A stretch of DNA of 63,326 nucleotides, filler included, from Gonapodya sp. JEL0774 (lineage: Eukaryota): assembly GCA_027604505.1 (NCBI GenBank). It is 22 parts of 22 records of this genome, joined end to end, with 100 filler letters (N's around TTAATTAATTAA, not from the genome) between each part and the next. Parts side by side here need not be neighbours in the genome. Positions count along the whole stretch, not along the records: positions 1 to 2,799 come from JADIIX010001674.1; positions 2,900 to 5,698 come from JADIIX010001675.1; positions 5,799 to 8,596 come from JADIIX010001676.1; positions 8,697 to 11,494 come from JADIIX010001677.1; positions 11,595 to 14,391 come from JADIIX010001678.1; 17 more parts are not named here. One strand, written 5' to 3'. Both the position numbers and the translations under genes were made by a program. The notes under the pieces were generated by a model, which was not told the DNA's origin, made no database searches, and saw only the letters and a program-made list of their open reading frames with translations. This document shows positions 1 through 12,965 of the stretch, in pieces (position 1 is the first letter of the stretch; each line of letters begins with the position of its first letter).

Positions 1-163
1 ACACAGAGGTATCAAAGAGTATCTTCATTAAGCAAACGTCTTACAATTTTCATTGAGATGATCGGTGTTTGGTGTTATGAGGAACTAACTTCGAAAGTTC
101 GGAATTTCGCCCATACAAAGACAGCCGGAACAGAACGACCAGCAAAAAGGATTTGACTCTCAG

Positions 164-2799
164 ATGTCACGCGAGGCAGTCATCCAGCTCGCAAGACTTA
201 AAACGTGCGTCTGCAATCTTGGGGCATCATGGGCCAGGACACTGGATCAGCGGAAAGTGAGCAGAGCTGAAGTGGATCGGATCATATCGTGCTCTTTCGA
301 CTTACCAGACACCGATTTGTCCACGGCATGTCCTTGATAGAGTGGAGGTGACACCATTTTGGAGGTCTCTTGGACGGCGGTGTCGGCAGAAGGCTCCCGA
401 AAACGGACGGCTTTTTTGGCCTGGAATGCTGGAATTGCGGAACCGAGACCGCGCACTCGAGCAAATAACAGAGCCTCAGAGCAAACAGAAGAAATTGTGG
501 AGGTAGATGCGGACTTTGGACAGGCACTTGGTCTCAAGGAAGGGCAGAAAGTGGGTTCGACAGAGACGAGTGCGAGTGCGATCAGCTCTTTGTCGCTGAA
601 AAAGCTGCATATCGCCTGTAGGTCACCGTCAGTGTTGCCAGAAATGTCAAAGTCGCCACGAGGGTCGATGTTGAGCCTCTGTCGGAGGATGACTGGGAGA
701 TAATGGTCGGTTGTGTGTTTCGCGCGATGCACCAGGTTCGGCGCTCCTCATATATCCTCGAGCAGGAGTTACACGCGGGGCTACTGGAACAGCAGCTGCT
801 CTCTCAGCTTCGAGTGGTGTTTGTGGATCAAGTTGTCACTGTCTGGGTCAGGGGACAGACGGTCATCCGCTTGAAAGTTCGTGAGTCTCCCATTGCTCGT
901 TTACTCATGCCTTTTCCGCATTTGAGTCACACGAACCGCTGTGATCTGCTACATCATGCAGTTTCTTTCGAGCCATCTCTGTCCTGTGTACGTCTGGACA
1001 ACGATTCCGAAGTCATTGTCGCACCCAAGGTCCGCCGACGACGCGATGCCGGACGCCCTAGAGATCTCACACGCTCTCAAGCTGATTCGCAAACGCCCAC
1101 TCAGACGCCCAACATTGCTTTAGACATTCGACTACTTTCAGCGCAAGTATTCGGGACGGAGCTGGATGTAGCTTTCGGTCCCGGATGGAGCGAACAGGTG
1201 GTCCTCGTTAATCCTAGTGTTCTGTTGGATGTATCAGACTTTCGAGTAGACGGTCAAGTACACTTGCTGAGTCCGTCACCTGGATCTCGTCCAGTGGCTG
1301 ACCTCGATGGCCAGGACTCTGAATCCGAAGAGGAAGCCTCTCACAAATCACGCCACAGACGACAGAAAGGGAAAGGAAATGATCGTGGGGATGCAGACGA
1401 TGCACCGCAAGAGTCGATGGAAGTTGCTGAGCTTCTTAAAGGGGTCTACGTGCGCGTCCGATCTTCGAACAAGGTTCCTCCGGGGCACCTGGTCGTCGGA
1501 ACAAATCTGTTGAGGATGCTCAACTTGACACCATTCAGTAGCGGGAGATTGAGTACCGTCACGGCTCAGCCGACGATTGTAGCCGGAGTCACAATGCACC
1601 GAGTGATCGAGCAGAAAAGTGTAAGAAAGGATAAACGGAGGTGAGATGATCTAGTCGCTGCTCCAACCATCTCTGCTTTACTGTCTGCTCTCCTTTATCC
1701 AGTGGTATTAAACGAAAGCCACCAGCTCCGCTCAAGGACGCAGAGAAGGTGGAAGTGGGGGAAAAGCTGAGAGGTACTACAACCTGAACGAGGGTATTTT
1801 TTTCGTGCCGTTCAATCACGTACCGATTCTGCAGCTTGGCTTGAGGCGCATCACTTTCCAGGCGCCGTTATCACGGATGGCTTGCATTTCCACTTTCCAG
1901 AACAGGGTCGTTATGTTCTCAGAATCCAAGGTGTTCCTGCTGTGAGCGAAGTTCCTGCTTTGGGCCTCGCTCCGAAAGAAGGCATAGAAGATCTGAAATG
2001 CGAGTTCGGAGATGACTTGGTGGAGTCAGAGGAGCTGTCAGCTTCGAGGTAAGCACTGAATGCTCTAATTATGTGTAGATAGTTCTTGGAACTCCTTCAA
2101 TGGTCTTCATCATTCCTGAAACACATTATCCAGAGACACTACATTTGATGAAGTTCCACCACTTGGAGGTGTTGATGCTGTTTTGAAAAGCATCACAGAG
2201 TACTTGCGAATAAATTTGGGATACCGTCTTTTGAGAGATCAATTGAACGTCCCTCGTGAGTCGTCATCCTCCGATAAGTTCTATCCACATGCTGACCTTG
2301 AGTGTGCGATCAGCTCTCGGAGGACTTCTCGTTGTTGGAGGTCATGGCGCGGGAAAGACCTCCGTATGCAAGATGATCATGGGATCGCAATCTCGCTCCC
2401 TTGAGACCCTCACTTGTGAGTCTATGAGGACCTTTGCTCGTACTGGTGGTTTTTTTGATAACCTCTAATGATGATTTCGTGCAGATTGTATGTTGGTATC
2501 GTGCGCCGAGCTTGCGGAGGAGCGGGTGTCCAAAGTCCGCGGGAGGCTGGAGTTAGTATTCCGTGAGGCAACTGCAAAGGCGCCATCAATGGTTGTCTTT
2601 GATGATCTCGACCGGATGCTGATGGCAGAGCAAGAGGTGGGGCATATGCATTACTGAAACATTTGTACTTATTGCATTTCCCAAATGAGTTCTTTCCTTT
2701 TCAGCATATGGACTCTTCCCGATATCGCCAACTGTCCCAGATGTTCTTGCAGCTTGCAAGCAAGGTCAAAAGCGAATATGAGGTCGTTATTGTGGCCAC
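164..2799 (+). CDS. PEX1: Peroxisome biogenesis AAA+ ATPase Pex1, multi-exon, 3' truncated
   Basis: N-terminus MSREAVIQLARLKTCVCNL; VEVDADFGQALGLKEGQKV; PLSEDDWEI..ELHAGLLEQQLLSQLRVV (Pex1 N-domain); Walker A GGHGAGKT at about 2340; Walker B-like VVFDDLDR at about 2595; GT-AG introns. Confidence 0.92.
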
Positions 2800-2899
2800 N
2801 NNNNNNNNNNNNNNNNNNNNNNNNNNNNNNNNNNNNNNNNNNNTTAATTAATTAANNNNNNNNNNNNNNNNNNNNNNNNNNNNNNNNNNNNNNNNNNNN
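2800..2899. other. Artificial contig spacer (44 N + TTAATTAATTAA + 44 N). It recurs 21 times, starting at 2800, 5699, 8597, 11495, 14392, 17288, 20180, 23071, 25957, 28841, 31724, 34605, 37483, 40361, 43238, 46114, 48988, 51861, 54732, 57597 and 60462
   Basis: Identical 100-nt linker with a palindromic core that has stop codons in all six frames; flanking segments decrease monotonically from 2799 to 2765 nt. Confidence 0.99.
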
Positions 2900-3975
2900 C
2901 CTCCGCTTTCTGGAACTCAGTATCTAGGCACCCTCTCTCGGCACCCATCGATCACCTCTGTTCGCAGTATTCGCTCCACGATCGCCGAATTGTCGGGTGA
3001 CGAGATCTCACTTCACTCTGGGGGTTCTTCAAGCTCAGGCACCACCGTCCGCCTACCCTTCCGCTTTCCGAATGGACATGCTACGATCTTTGAACTCATG
3101 TTTGTCGAACCGCAGGATGAAACAATCATCGGGCCTTTAAAGAACCTGGATTGGCAATATCAAGTAACTTGGGACTATCGGTCAACTTTTGATGGCAAAA
3201 TGCACACAGGTGCGATGTCAGACTAGTAATGTTCCGCTTGCTGGGTCTCAGTTTCTTTTCAGCCGTTTATACCACGCGCTCGCCAGAAAAATTGAAAAAA
3301 GACGGTCCCCGGCTTTCTCTTATTCAATTCGTATGTTCTTGGAATGTATCAGGTGGTTGCCTCTGATTTGACATGGGGACTCCAAACATAAGGTTTTTAT
3401 TTTCGCGACCCGAGAACTGTACAGCGTGGCAGAGAAAAAGTTCCCGGGCAAGGGTCCATGTATGTTTCAAGACTTTCTCCCCCGAATGTATATCCTTTCA
3501 CAGAGATACCTCTTTAGTATTTAGCGCCCGGAACCTCATTCCGTTTCTCTCTGTGTTCAAGGACACAAAACTTGAGGTCGCGCCAATCACGGGACCGCTG
3601 AACCGAACAAAGGGTACCATAACCCAAATATACGTCGTAAAGGAGGCCGATAAGAGATTTGCAGAAGACTCCCGGGACAGATTTTTCAAGGTAAGCTCAT
3701 TCCGGCCTTAATAGCAGTCGAAGTTTGGTGAACCCGTTTTCTGTCTCTACAGTGCATGGTGGAGATTGTTCAAAGAGGTGACTGGGGCGAAAGTACGTGG
3801 TCCCGCTCGAGAAGTAGTGGTGTTTCACCATTCAATCTTTGAGCACATATTTGATGAATTGACAGCTCATATTCGGCGAACAAGTTCGGGTTCGAATTTC
3901 TCCGACACACCGCCTCCCCGCGAGCAGGCACTGGGGGTGGCGAAAGCCTACCTGTTCAATGCTCTCAACACCTGA
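2900..3975 (+). CDS. Hypothetical protein, 3' part of a multi-exon gene; exon structure uncertain
   Basis: Reading frame open from the contig edge (PPLSGTQYLG...PFRFPNGHATIFELMFVEP), further coding-like blocks separated by GT-AG introns, then an AT-rich 3' region; no family recognised. Confidence 0.4.
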
Positions 3976-4412
3976 TGCCGACTACATAAAATTTATTCTA
4001 TTTCTTGGAGCAGGTGTGAGCCACAGTTTTTGATCATCTTAGATGCGATGTGCTCTGCTTTATAAAAAAATGGAGCTGAAGTGGTTCATTGGGAGTTTTG
4101 CTGATTGTGTACCAGTGCCACCATTGATGTCTGTAACGGTTTTGATGCTCCATAATAATATAGTTCGAATCAATGCTGGTGTGAACCGTTATTGTTCTGG
4201 CCATGGGCTACATACATATCTTATCTTGAACATGTAATATTCATCGACACCCGACGAATGTTCAATGGATTATTTGTGATTGTTGATCGTCGATGTATCT
4301 TGAACGTTTCTTGTTCCTAATCAATCATTATTTACAATAGAATACATCATCTAGAACATGAAATATACGTCAACGTTCACGATTACAGTTATTGTCGTTT
4401 CGCACGCAGCTA

Positions 4413-5698
4413 TCACAGGTCGATTAATTCATCTTCAATTTGTCGAGCAAACTCGTCCAAAGAATCCGTTTCGGAAAGAAGATCATCTTTTGAGCGGTGC
4501 TTTCCATATCTATTCAGTGATGAACGTGAGTGGTCTGAATCCGAACTCAGATCATCCTCACGTGAGGGTTCATTAGACGGTTTGGAGTTGCGAAAGAAAC
4601 CCATACCCGTGGAGAAACTGACTTTCGAGCCAGGTAATCGGCCCTCAAACTCGTTCCCAGTCGATCTTCCCGAATGTCTCACCTTTTTGGCACTTTTATC
4701 CTCATTCGGAGAGTCATCGTCTTTGCGAGGTCTCTTCGAGTTGCCCTGGGAGGTTGACTCTCTGTCTGGTAGAGTTGCGACCATCGTGGCGGGATCCTCT
4801 TCATCATCATCCTCCAACTCCGCGTCTACCTCGGCGTCCATATCAGCCCAATCCTCCTTGCTCATTATGGTGTCGAAAACGTGATCGGTTGACGTGTTCA
4901 GCAAAGCATCGTCAGGGTCCGGGGAGGGTGGTCGGATCGACCGAGAAGAGTGTGCGAGGATATCGAGTGGAATGACTGGTTGGGTGTGGAGAGAAGATAC
5001 TTCTTCCGCTTCTGTCACTGGGACCGAATCCCCGTCATTTGGTTCAAGAAAATAAGGTTCATATTTTTGACGTTTATAGTGGTACACGGAGTCCAGCAAC
5101 CTTGTTGATGTCAAGAGAAGTGTGTGTCATTGGCAGTTTGTAAACTGAATTCTGAATCTGAATCGGAGACTCACCACTCTTTGGTTACTACCGGTACTCC
5201 CATTCTCTTCGCATCACCAACTTTCGCGGTGCCCCTCTTGCCCGCCACAAGACAGTCCACTTTCTTCCATCTCTTGAAGCCTGTCGGCTTTCCCGAGCTG
5301 TTTAGAGACCTGGCACGAATTTCGTCCACAGGTTCTCGTCCATCCTCATACACATCCGCGTCCTCCACTTGATATTCTAATGTGTCCGAGACCTTCCCGC
5401 CAAACCAATCGGCCATTCGCCAAAACTCGTTCAGTTTCGGATCTGTGCCCAGTGGCACCAAACTGCTGAAGGCCATGGTGAGTCCCGCAAGGACGTGCAC
5501 GCGCATAGCTGGTAGAATGACACGAACGTCCGCAAGTGGAGCGGGTGATACTTCATGGACGTTTTGAGCTGCAGGCGGACGGGTCTTGCCCTTTGTTGAA
5601 GTAACGACGGTGGCGCTGGTAAGTACGTGGCGATCATACGCCTCGTAAAATGTTGTATGGAGACGAGATAGGACATCAAGCATGTGGAGTAGAGCATT
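4413..5698 (-). CDS. FCP1: RNA polymerase II CTD phosphatase Fcp1, C-terminal part (BRCT domain and acidic tail), 5' truncated
   Basis: LSRLHTTFYEAYD..DVRVILPAMRVHVLAGLTMAFSSLVP..FGGKV..LVAGKRGTAKV..VVTKEW|LLDSVYHYKRQKYEPY matches the Fcp1 BRCT pattern; acidic end LDEFARQIEDEL. Confidence 0.88.
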
Positions 5699-5799
5699 NN
5701 NNNNNNNNNNNNNNNNNNNNNNNNNNNNNNNNNNNNNNNNNNTTAATTAATTAANNNNNNNNNNNNNNNNNNNNNNNNNNNNNNNNNNNNNNNNNNNNA

Positions 5800-8596
5800 T
5801 TGTCGCAACCACCTGCGTCGGTGTTTCGGAGAGCCGCCACAAACTCACAGTCATCTTCTGCACAGAGAACGCCAGCTCCATATCAACCTACCTTCCCCAC
5901 GACAGATCCATCTCCCTCTCGTCCCCGCACTTCCACGGGCATGTCGGACAACACTACCGCGGAACCAGTGCGCACGCCGGGGTCTCCACCTCCCCAGCCG
6001 CAATCCATCCGAACATCTAATGCTCCCCGCCAGCTCTCCCCTGGACCCCTCAAACTCGTCCTCCCACCACAATCACCGATCCCAGCATCTGGTCAGCCTA
6101 CCCTCCCTGGCCAGTGGACTTCTGTACCGAGTTCGCCCGTACCGTACTCCAACGCGCCATATTCACCTTCTCTGGCCTCTCCCACCACCGCCGTAGCTTC
6201 TGCTCCCACGACTGGGTTGTTCGGTCCCACCAACAAAGCTGAGCTGGACGAAACCAAGCTCACCATCTTAGAGCAGCCCCGGTCTCCAAGATTGACGTAC
6301 TTGACGCAAGTACCAAAACAGCGCGCGGAATCAACTGCGGCTCTCTTTCCGCTGAGAAAGGTCGGGAAAGAGGAGGACTTCTTTTCTGCGCCGTCCTTGG
6401 TGGCCAGGAAGGACACGCCTGAGCAAATTCGTGGCGATGGCTCTGAAGGGGTGCGAGTTGGGACAAGGGACACTCAAGGAGGAAGCGATTCCGCACAGAC
6501 GAGTGACCCGAGCACGGAATCGGGTGTTGCGAACCTGGTTGAGGATGAGACTGCAATGATCCGACGGCAGGTTGCCCGGTGGCGTGCATTAGAGGAAGCC
6601 GAAGAAACCTTTCCAACCCTAGCGAATCCAGCAGATGTTCTGACTAACGTGTCCGAGCCAGCAAGCCTTCCGCGTGGAACTGGACCGGGAGTTGGAGGAA
6701 ATATGCCGACAGAAGTCGATGCCCCGGAGGCACCTTCGAGTCCTATGACACATTCGAATTCGAAAAGAGTTGCTCGGCGGTCGAGGAGCGACTTCGGTGG
6801 AATTTTAACAAATTATGCTAGTGAGGTGTCCATCACCAACCCAATATCCCTGTCGGGAGGGAGTAGGAGCACAGCAACGTCGCAAAGTGTCGTGCACATT
6901 CTAGGTGGTGAGGACGTTCGAGTTGGTGTGGCGCCCATGGTGACGCAGAGTGGTGCATCAGGAGTGGAAGTCGGAGTGCAACCGTCTACCGGTCGGCAGT
7001 CCGCGAACGTAAGGTCATCATGGGAATTTCCGACCGTACTTTCTCGACAACTCTCGAAACGTAATGTACCTGTTGGAATGCCGACCATGGCAGTACAGAA
7101 TGAGGAACGGAAGGAGGAGGACCGGTCGGTCGAGCGAGCACCGGAGGAAACGGCGCAGACAACTTTGCTTGGCCCTTCTTCTACATTGTCACGAGAGTCG
7201 TTGGAACGTACTAGTGGTGGGAATTCCGGCGTGGAATGGCGATACTCGAGGGAGCTGCAACCCAACAGCGACTTGGAACTCAACCAACTAGCGATGGCTT
7301 TGCCGCAGGTGGCAGGCATCATTCCCTACCTTGATCTGTCGCTTCAAAGTTTGGACCCTGATATCTCTGTTCCGCTTTCTGTTGCAACCATGGAAGCCTC
7401 CCCACGTCTGGATTCAAACGTTCTTCTAGAATCTCCAACAACACCTGTTCGAACTCGAGCTCCGAGAACTCGAGGCCCAGTGAACGTGCACGAAGACAAC
7501 GCGTCGGTTGTGCTTTCTGCTGCCAGTCAAAGAAATGTTATCGAGCTTCCCACCCTTGGTTCTACACCTTTCCACTCCCCAGTACGAGCCATCCCTCCGC
7601 CCTCGCCAACCCGCTCTATCCGTCCTACAACTACTCGCGGTGCCCAGACATCATCTCCAAAGCTTGCCAGACCAGCAGTGAATAGATTAATTCAGACAGA
7701 GGCCTCCGACCTCCAGCCGCAAGTTATTCCGGTAGAGGTGGCTACGCGAATCAAGCGGCTCGAAAAGGCTGCACGTTCCAGAGCCAAAGGCGTGAAAGAG
7801 ATTGAAACTCGAGTGACGGCGTGGGAAACCGGCACAGTTGAGGACGCTGTCGCCGCCAAGGCACGAGTCGGTGAGCTCGAACTAGCACTCGAAGCGGCGG
7901 CCAAAGAGATTCGAGAAACTTCGAAGAGGTTTGTGGAGATGGCGAGACTAAAGTCGGAGAGCGATGGGGTGGTGGAGGCGGTGAGAAAAAGGGTGAGGGA
8001 GCTGGAAAGGGATTTGCATGCGGAACAGGAGGATAAGGAGAGGTGGAAGGAAATGGCGGGGAGGGAGAGGGAAAGTGGAGCAAGTCTAGAGGTACGTCTA
8101 TGTGTTCGAATGGCGTTGGTGCTTTCTGAACAACGATTTGGCGTTTCTCCGAACCCCTGTAGCATGAGATAACGGGAATGCGCTCACAAATGGAGATCCT
8201 TCAAACTACTTTGGTGGCGACGGAGGAAGCGTCACAAAGTGCCAAAGATAAGCTCATTATCGTGGAACGGGAGTCGATTCACTCTTTGGAAGTGATTGAG
8301 CGAGAACGCGGCGAGAAGGAACATGCTTTGAAAGAATTGGATAGAATGTTACTGAAGGTCGCAGAATTGGAGGGAAGGGAATCGATTTGGGAGAATAAAC
8401 TTGAACAAGCGTCCGATCGAGAGCATGCTCTGATGGTGAAAGCGCAGGACCATGACGCGTTTATTGCGGACTTGAAGGCCGAGCTCGTTCAACGGGATGC
8501 TGTGTTGGCAGTCACATCGGCTCGATTACAAGAAAAAGAAGTGCTTATCTCGGAAATCATTCAACAGTGCGAACAGCGAGACTCGGAGAAGACGGC
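5800..8596 (+). CDS. Large Ser/Pro/Thr-rich disordered protein with C-terminal coiled coil, truncated at both ends
   Basis: 790-codon ORF, short intron at about 8092-8170, then a further E/K/L/R-rich heptad exon. Confidence 0.75.
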
Positions 8597-8696
8597 NNNN
8601 NNNNNNNNNNNNNNNNNNNNNNNNNNNNNNNNNNNNNNNNTTAATTAATTAANNNNNNNNNNNNNNNNNNNNNNNNNNNNNNNNNNNNNNNNNNNN

Positions 8697-8795
8697 GTAG
8701 TTTTCCTGATTCCAGACTGTGAGGTACCATGCATTGGAAGCCGGAAGGCATGCGGCAAGGAGGGCGAGGGCGGTGATGAGAAAAGATGGAGACAT
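8697..8795 (-). CDS. N-terminus of a secreted protein (signal peptide), truncated by contig end
   Basis: Hand translation MSPSFLITALALLAACLPASNA/WYLTVWNQENY shows a hydrophobic core and an S-N-A cleavage site; too short for the ORF track. Confidence 0.6.
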
Positions 8796-9920
8796 TATTC
8801 TAGTAATTGGCTGATCGGATGTCGATGCGAGGCTAATGAGAGTTGCCGCTGCTGTCTGATTCGCTTCTCGTGAATCACACTCTGATATTTCCTTATTCCT
8901 GACCGATTCATCTCTGGGGGCGTGGAAAGGCTGTCGAAAGAGTACTTGTTTTGGTTGCCCCCACCGCCCTTGGGAAGCACCATATGTCCGCCGAAGGAAA
9001 TGAAAACGCCATCATCAAGTCAAGGGCACTACTGTAGATCCGCCAGAGAGACACCCTCAGCTGCGAGGAAGCAAGCTCGAGATGTCGTCATTTGTACGTA
9101 AATTGTTACATCCAAGGGATCAGACAGCACTGGAACTTCTTCTTTCAACCATACTGCGATTGAAGCATTCGCAACTTGCATTGTTTTGCAATCGCCTACG
9201 CCTTATGTTTATAGCAGCACCAAGTATTAGACGACCAGGTTCGAGAATGCGAAGAGCATTGCAATCAAGCCATCATCGTCACCATGTACATCTCCAGAAC
9301 ACTGCTGTGCTGGAGATCTCTCGCCTTCATTACTAGAAATGCTCCATTGAAATTGATCGGGCCTGGTATCTGCATGCTTTTTGATCGAAATAGATTGGCG
9401 TTTAATACGGTGCAGCCCACTAGTCACACAGGGACTGGAGGTCGCTGCAACTGCTTCGGACTGCTTCTCGAAGGTGCTTGCTTGCTTGGACTTAGGCAAA
9501 GTGCCGGCGAGCTTCTGAATTCTAATGACGCGGCTCGCGCGTGGCAATCCCACCTAAATATAATATTGACGCCGTGATCCGACGACCTCGAAAGCGGCAG
9601 CTCAACCCATCACTTCCAACTAATGGAAGTGAGCAGCTTTCCAGCTGGTATACTTGACTATTACATCCCAAGCGCCCGCCAGGGCTTTTGATCCATGGCG
9701 CGAGTGAGAAACAAGTTTCACTTCTCCTTCTCTGACACCCCGACATGCATTCAGTACGAATCGTGTATATAAAGGTGCCTTACTCCACCAAAAGCTTATG
9801 TTGGTCTTCGCCATTTCGCAATTGCGAAAAGATTCTCCGACGATGGATGGAAGCCGGCCCCCACACATATCCACCACCAACAATCGATAAATACCCCGTA
9901 ATATCTTCCACTCAGATACC

Positions 9921-11494
9921 ATGACATCTCGACCAAATCCCGATCCCTTTGCTGCACTCGCATCTTTTCCACAACCCACGGGTGCTCGCTCGGCGACTCC
10001 GCTCAACGCTCTCAACATGCAGCAGCAACAACAGCAGAAACTCGGGAATCCAATTCCCTTCGGCGCTCCCTTGACACAGCTGAAACCGAACTCTGCCCAG
10101 CAATCGCTAGGGAACCCCGCGCCGGCTTTTGCATCTCTCAATGGCCCTGCGATGGCAAGGGTTCCGTCCCCAAGTTTGTCCGTCCCAATGGCTTCTCAGG
10201 CGCCACTGATGCCGAAACCGGTGGTATCTACACAGAAACAAGATCCATTCAGTGGACTCGGGTCTCTGGGGCTCGGCACAGCTACCGCCCCCAAGCCCCA
10301 AACGGGAGGGAAGGTTGATGCGTTTGGGGACCTACTGGGGATGCCCATGGGAGCGCAAAAGACCCAGACATTGGCCACTTTGGCATCCAACGGACTCTCA
10401 ACATCACCGACCGTGGGTGGTGCTCGCCCCCTGGGGACTCCTTCGCCGGCCCCAGCACTATCTCAACAGCCGGTTGAGTACCCGGGTCTCTGGAATTTTG
10501 ACTTGCTGAGCCAGCCTTCTACAATTGCGCAACCTAAAGCAAATGTCCCGTCGGGGATGGGACCGTCGGTTGAGACCACCGCTCAACCAGCAATCAATTC
10601 CATAATCGCCAATCCGGACCCCTTCGATATCTTCAATAGCCTACCAGCAGTCAAAGCACCTAATCCGACACCAATCTCTGAGCCACAACCTCAGCAGGCA
10701 CCACAGGTGGACGAGCACCCTCTCTCGGCCTTCCTATCCTCTCCACCGGTCACAATGCGTGAGCTCCCTTCCCCAGAAGCGCAAGCGCCACTCGAGCTCC
10801 CACCCACATCACCACCCCTCCCGGAGAAGCCCCTCGCTCTCGTCGAGCATATCAAGGCCACCTCTCCGCCATTACCTTCTCGCAAGAACCACAACTCCTC
10901 GAACGGTCCTTCATCCTCCCCGTCCTCCTCAGCAACCTCCCAACCGCCGGCCACGCCGCAAGCCAACCACGACGCGCTAGTTGCCAAACTTGTTGGTATG
11001 GGCTTTTCCGCCGACGAAGCAAACGGTGCGCTGGAAGCTGCTGACGGCAGCATGGAAAACGCTGTGGACATGCTAATCAACGGAGCCGTACCTGCCACCA
11101 AGACCAAACGCGGTGGATCAAAGGAAACGAACAGATTCGACAGACCTGCGAGTGCAACTGGGACCAATAGCAGTTCCTCGCGTGCAGACCAGGCAGGAAA
11201 AGCCACCGCGGCGGCCACCCTCGGTGGCATGTTCGCCGGGGCCAAGAACTTGCTCGACATGTCCAAGCGAACTATCGTAGCTGCGATTGAGACTGCCAAG
11301 GATATCGCTGCGGAGCAGATGGATGATCAAAGTGGAGGATCGAGTGCAGGTGGGAAGCGGGCTGGAGTAGGTTCAGCGTCTCGAACACGCAAGAAGAGTG
11401 AGCGGGATGGCACAGATGGATACGGTGTGGCTGAGGATAGGGACAGACCAAGATTCCGGGACGATGACGATGAGGTCGACAGTGGGACACGCTC
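9921..11494 (+). CDS. Auxilin-like clathrin-uncoating cofactor (Swa2/Ucp7-like), N-terminal part with UBA domain, 3' truncated
   Basis: Repeated DPF/DAF/DLL motifs in a P/S/Q-rich region; UBA signature HDALVAKLVGMGFSADEANGALEAADGSMENAVDML; expected TPR and J domains lie beyond the contig end. Confidence 0.72.
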
Positions 11495-11594
11495 NNNNNN
11501 NNNNNNNNNNNNNNNNNNNNNNNNNNNNNNNNNNNNNNTTAATTAATTAANNNNNNNNNNNNNNNNNNNNNNNNNNNNNNNNNNNNNNNNNNNN

Positions 11595-12272
11595 TCGAAG
11601 CTCAAACTGGGCCCATCCGCCTCCGCCGCCACGTCGCCAAAGAGTTGGTTGAATCGTACGCGGGGCAAGTCTGCATTTGGGTCGCCCAGGTCGAGGTCGA
11701 GGTCTGCGAGGGATGCGAGGTGGTGGGGGCGGGGCGGGAAGGGGATTTCGGAGGTGGGGCGGGGTGGGGAGGGGGTGTAGTCTGGGGGGTGGGGGTGTGG
11801 GATGGTGAGCGGATGGGTGGTGAGTGGATGGTGACGTCACAGACATGGCAGGGACTGCGGTAGAGTGCTGCTGTCTGGCATGTGGACAGGACTCAGGGAG
11901 TGGGAGAGATGACGTGGTGTCTCCCACCGACTCCCCCCCACTCTCTCTCTCTCCGTCTCCACACAGTGCACAGACCACAGAACCCCCCCTCTCTCCGTCG
12001 CACTGACCTCTTCCCTGTGTCCACCGTCTGTCCGCTGTGTCTCTGTGCCCTGCTCCAACCCGCGGCATCGTCTGCGCGACTCGCACGTTGCCAACCCGCT
12101 CCCGCTCAAACTCCCACTCGCTCTCACCCACTCCTCCCCTGTACTCTTCCACCCACTCCCGCGAGTCACGACTCTCATTGAATCCTCCAACATTCCCTAC
12201 TCCGACTGTCCCTCCTCCTCCTCCTCCTCCCGTTCGGTCTCCCCGCCGCATCAACGCTCCAAGAAACGACAT
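11595..12272 (-). CDS. Possible 5' end of a low-complexity protein gene
   Basis: ATG at 12272 followed by a Gly-rich frame open to the contig edge; GC-rich and microsatellite-laden, so it may be spurious. Confidence 0.25.
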
Positions 12273-12789
12273 GTCCTCTTCCCTGTCTCCTCTTCCACTC
12301 GCTATCGAATGGCTGAGGTTGTTTTAGAGCTGTACGTGGGGAATTCCCCTCCCTGGTTGACGGGGTCTCAACGAGCTGCCAAGCTGTTTGAATCGAAAGC
12401 CCGTCTCCCAGCCCGTTCTTTCTTTCCCCCGTTTCCTGTAGTTTCCCTGTCCGTCTTCAGTCTTCTCTTTCTCCTTTTCTGTCTGTCCCCGTCTTGGCCG
12501 ATTTCCCGTCAAGTCTGGTTGAAAGTGTGTGCTCAAATGGAAATGGTGTGTGGCTGGCCTGGACCACTCAACACGCTCACACTCCCCATTCAATAACGCC
12601 CCCCTGTGTGGGTGCCTCCTCCGCGCAACTTTTTACCTGTTTTTGGAAAGCGTACAGGGCACTCATAAATATATTTTCCCTATAGGAAGTGGATAAATGG
12701 ATGGAGTCGGGTCATTCAGATTTTGGCGCAGTAGTGTCCCTTCATCAGTTCCCACGTATTCACTTGATACGTTATGCACGGGAGAAAAC

Positions 12790-12965
12790 TCCCATTCCCC
12801 TCTCACTCTCTGGGCCCCCCCCTCATCCGCTCTTCCTCTTCCCCTTCCCCCGTTCTTCTCCCTCCTTCCCTTCCTCTCCCCACAAAACTCCCCGCTTTCT
12901 CTTTATCTCGCTCCCTCGCTCCCTCCCCCTCTCCCTCGCTCCCTCCCTCTCCACTCCCACACTGA
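12790..12965. repeat. Polypyrimidine (CT-rich) low-complexity tract
   Basis: Near-continuous C/T runs (ctccct, cttcc) on the + strand; similar tracts at 11930-12000 and 12400-12490. Confidence 0.8.

Noticed and set aside
12321..12333. GTTTTAGAGCTGT, resembling the start of a type II-A CRISPR repeat
   Set aside because: Single 13-nt match, with no repeat-spacer periodicity and no cas genes, in a eukaryotic context
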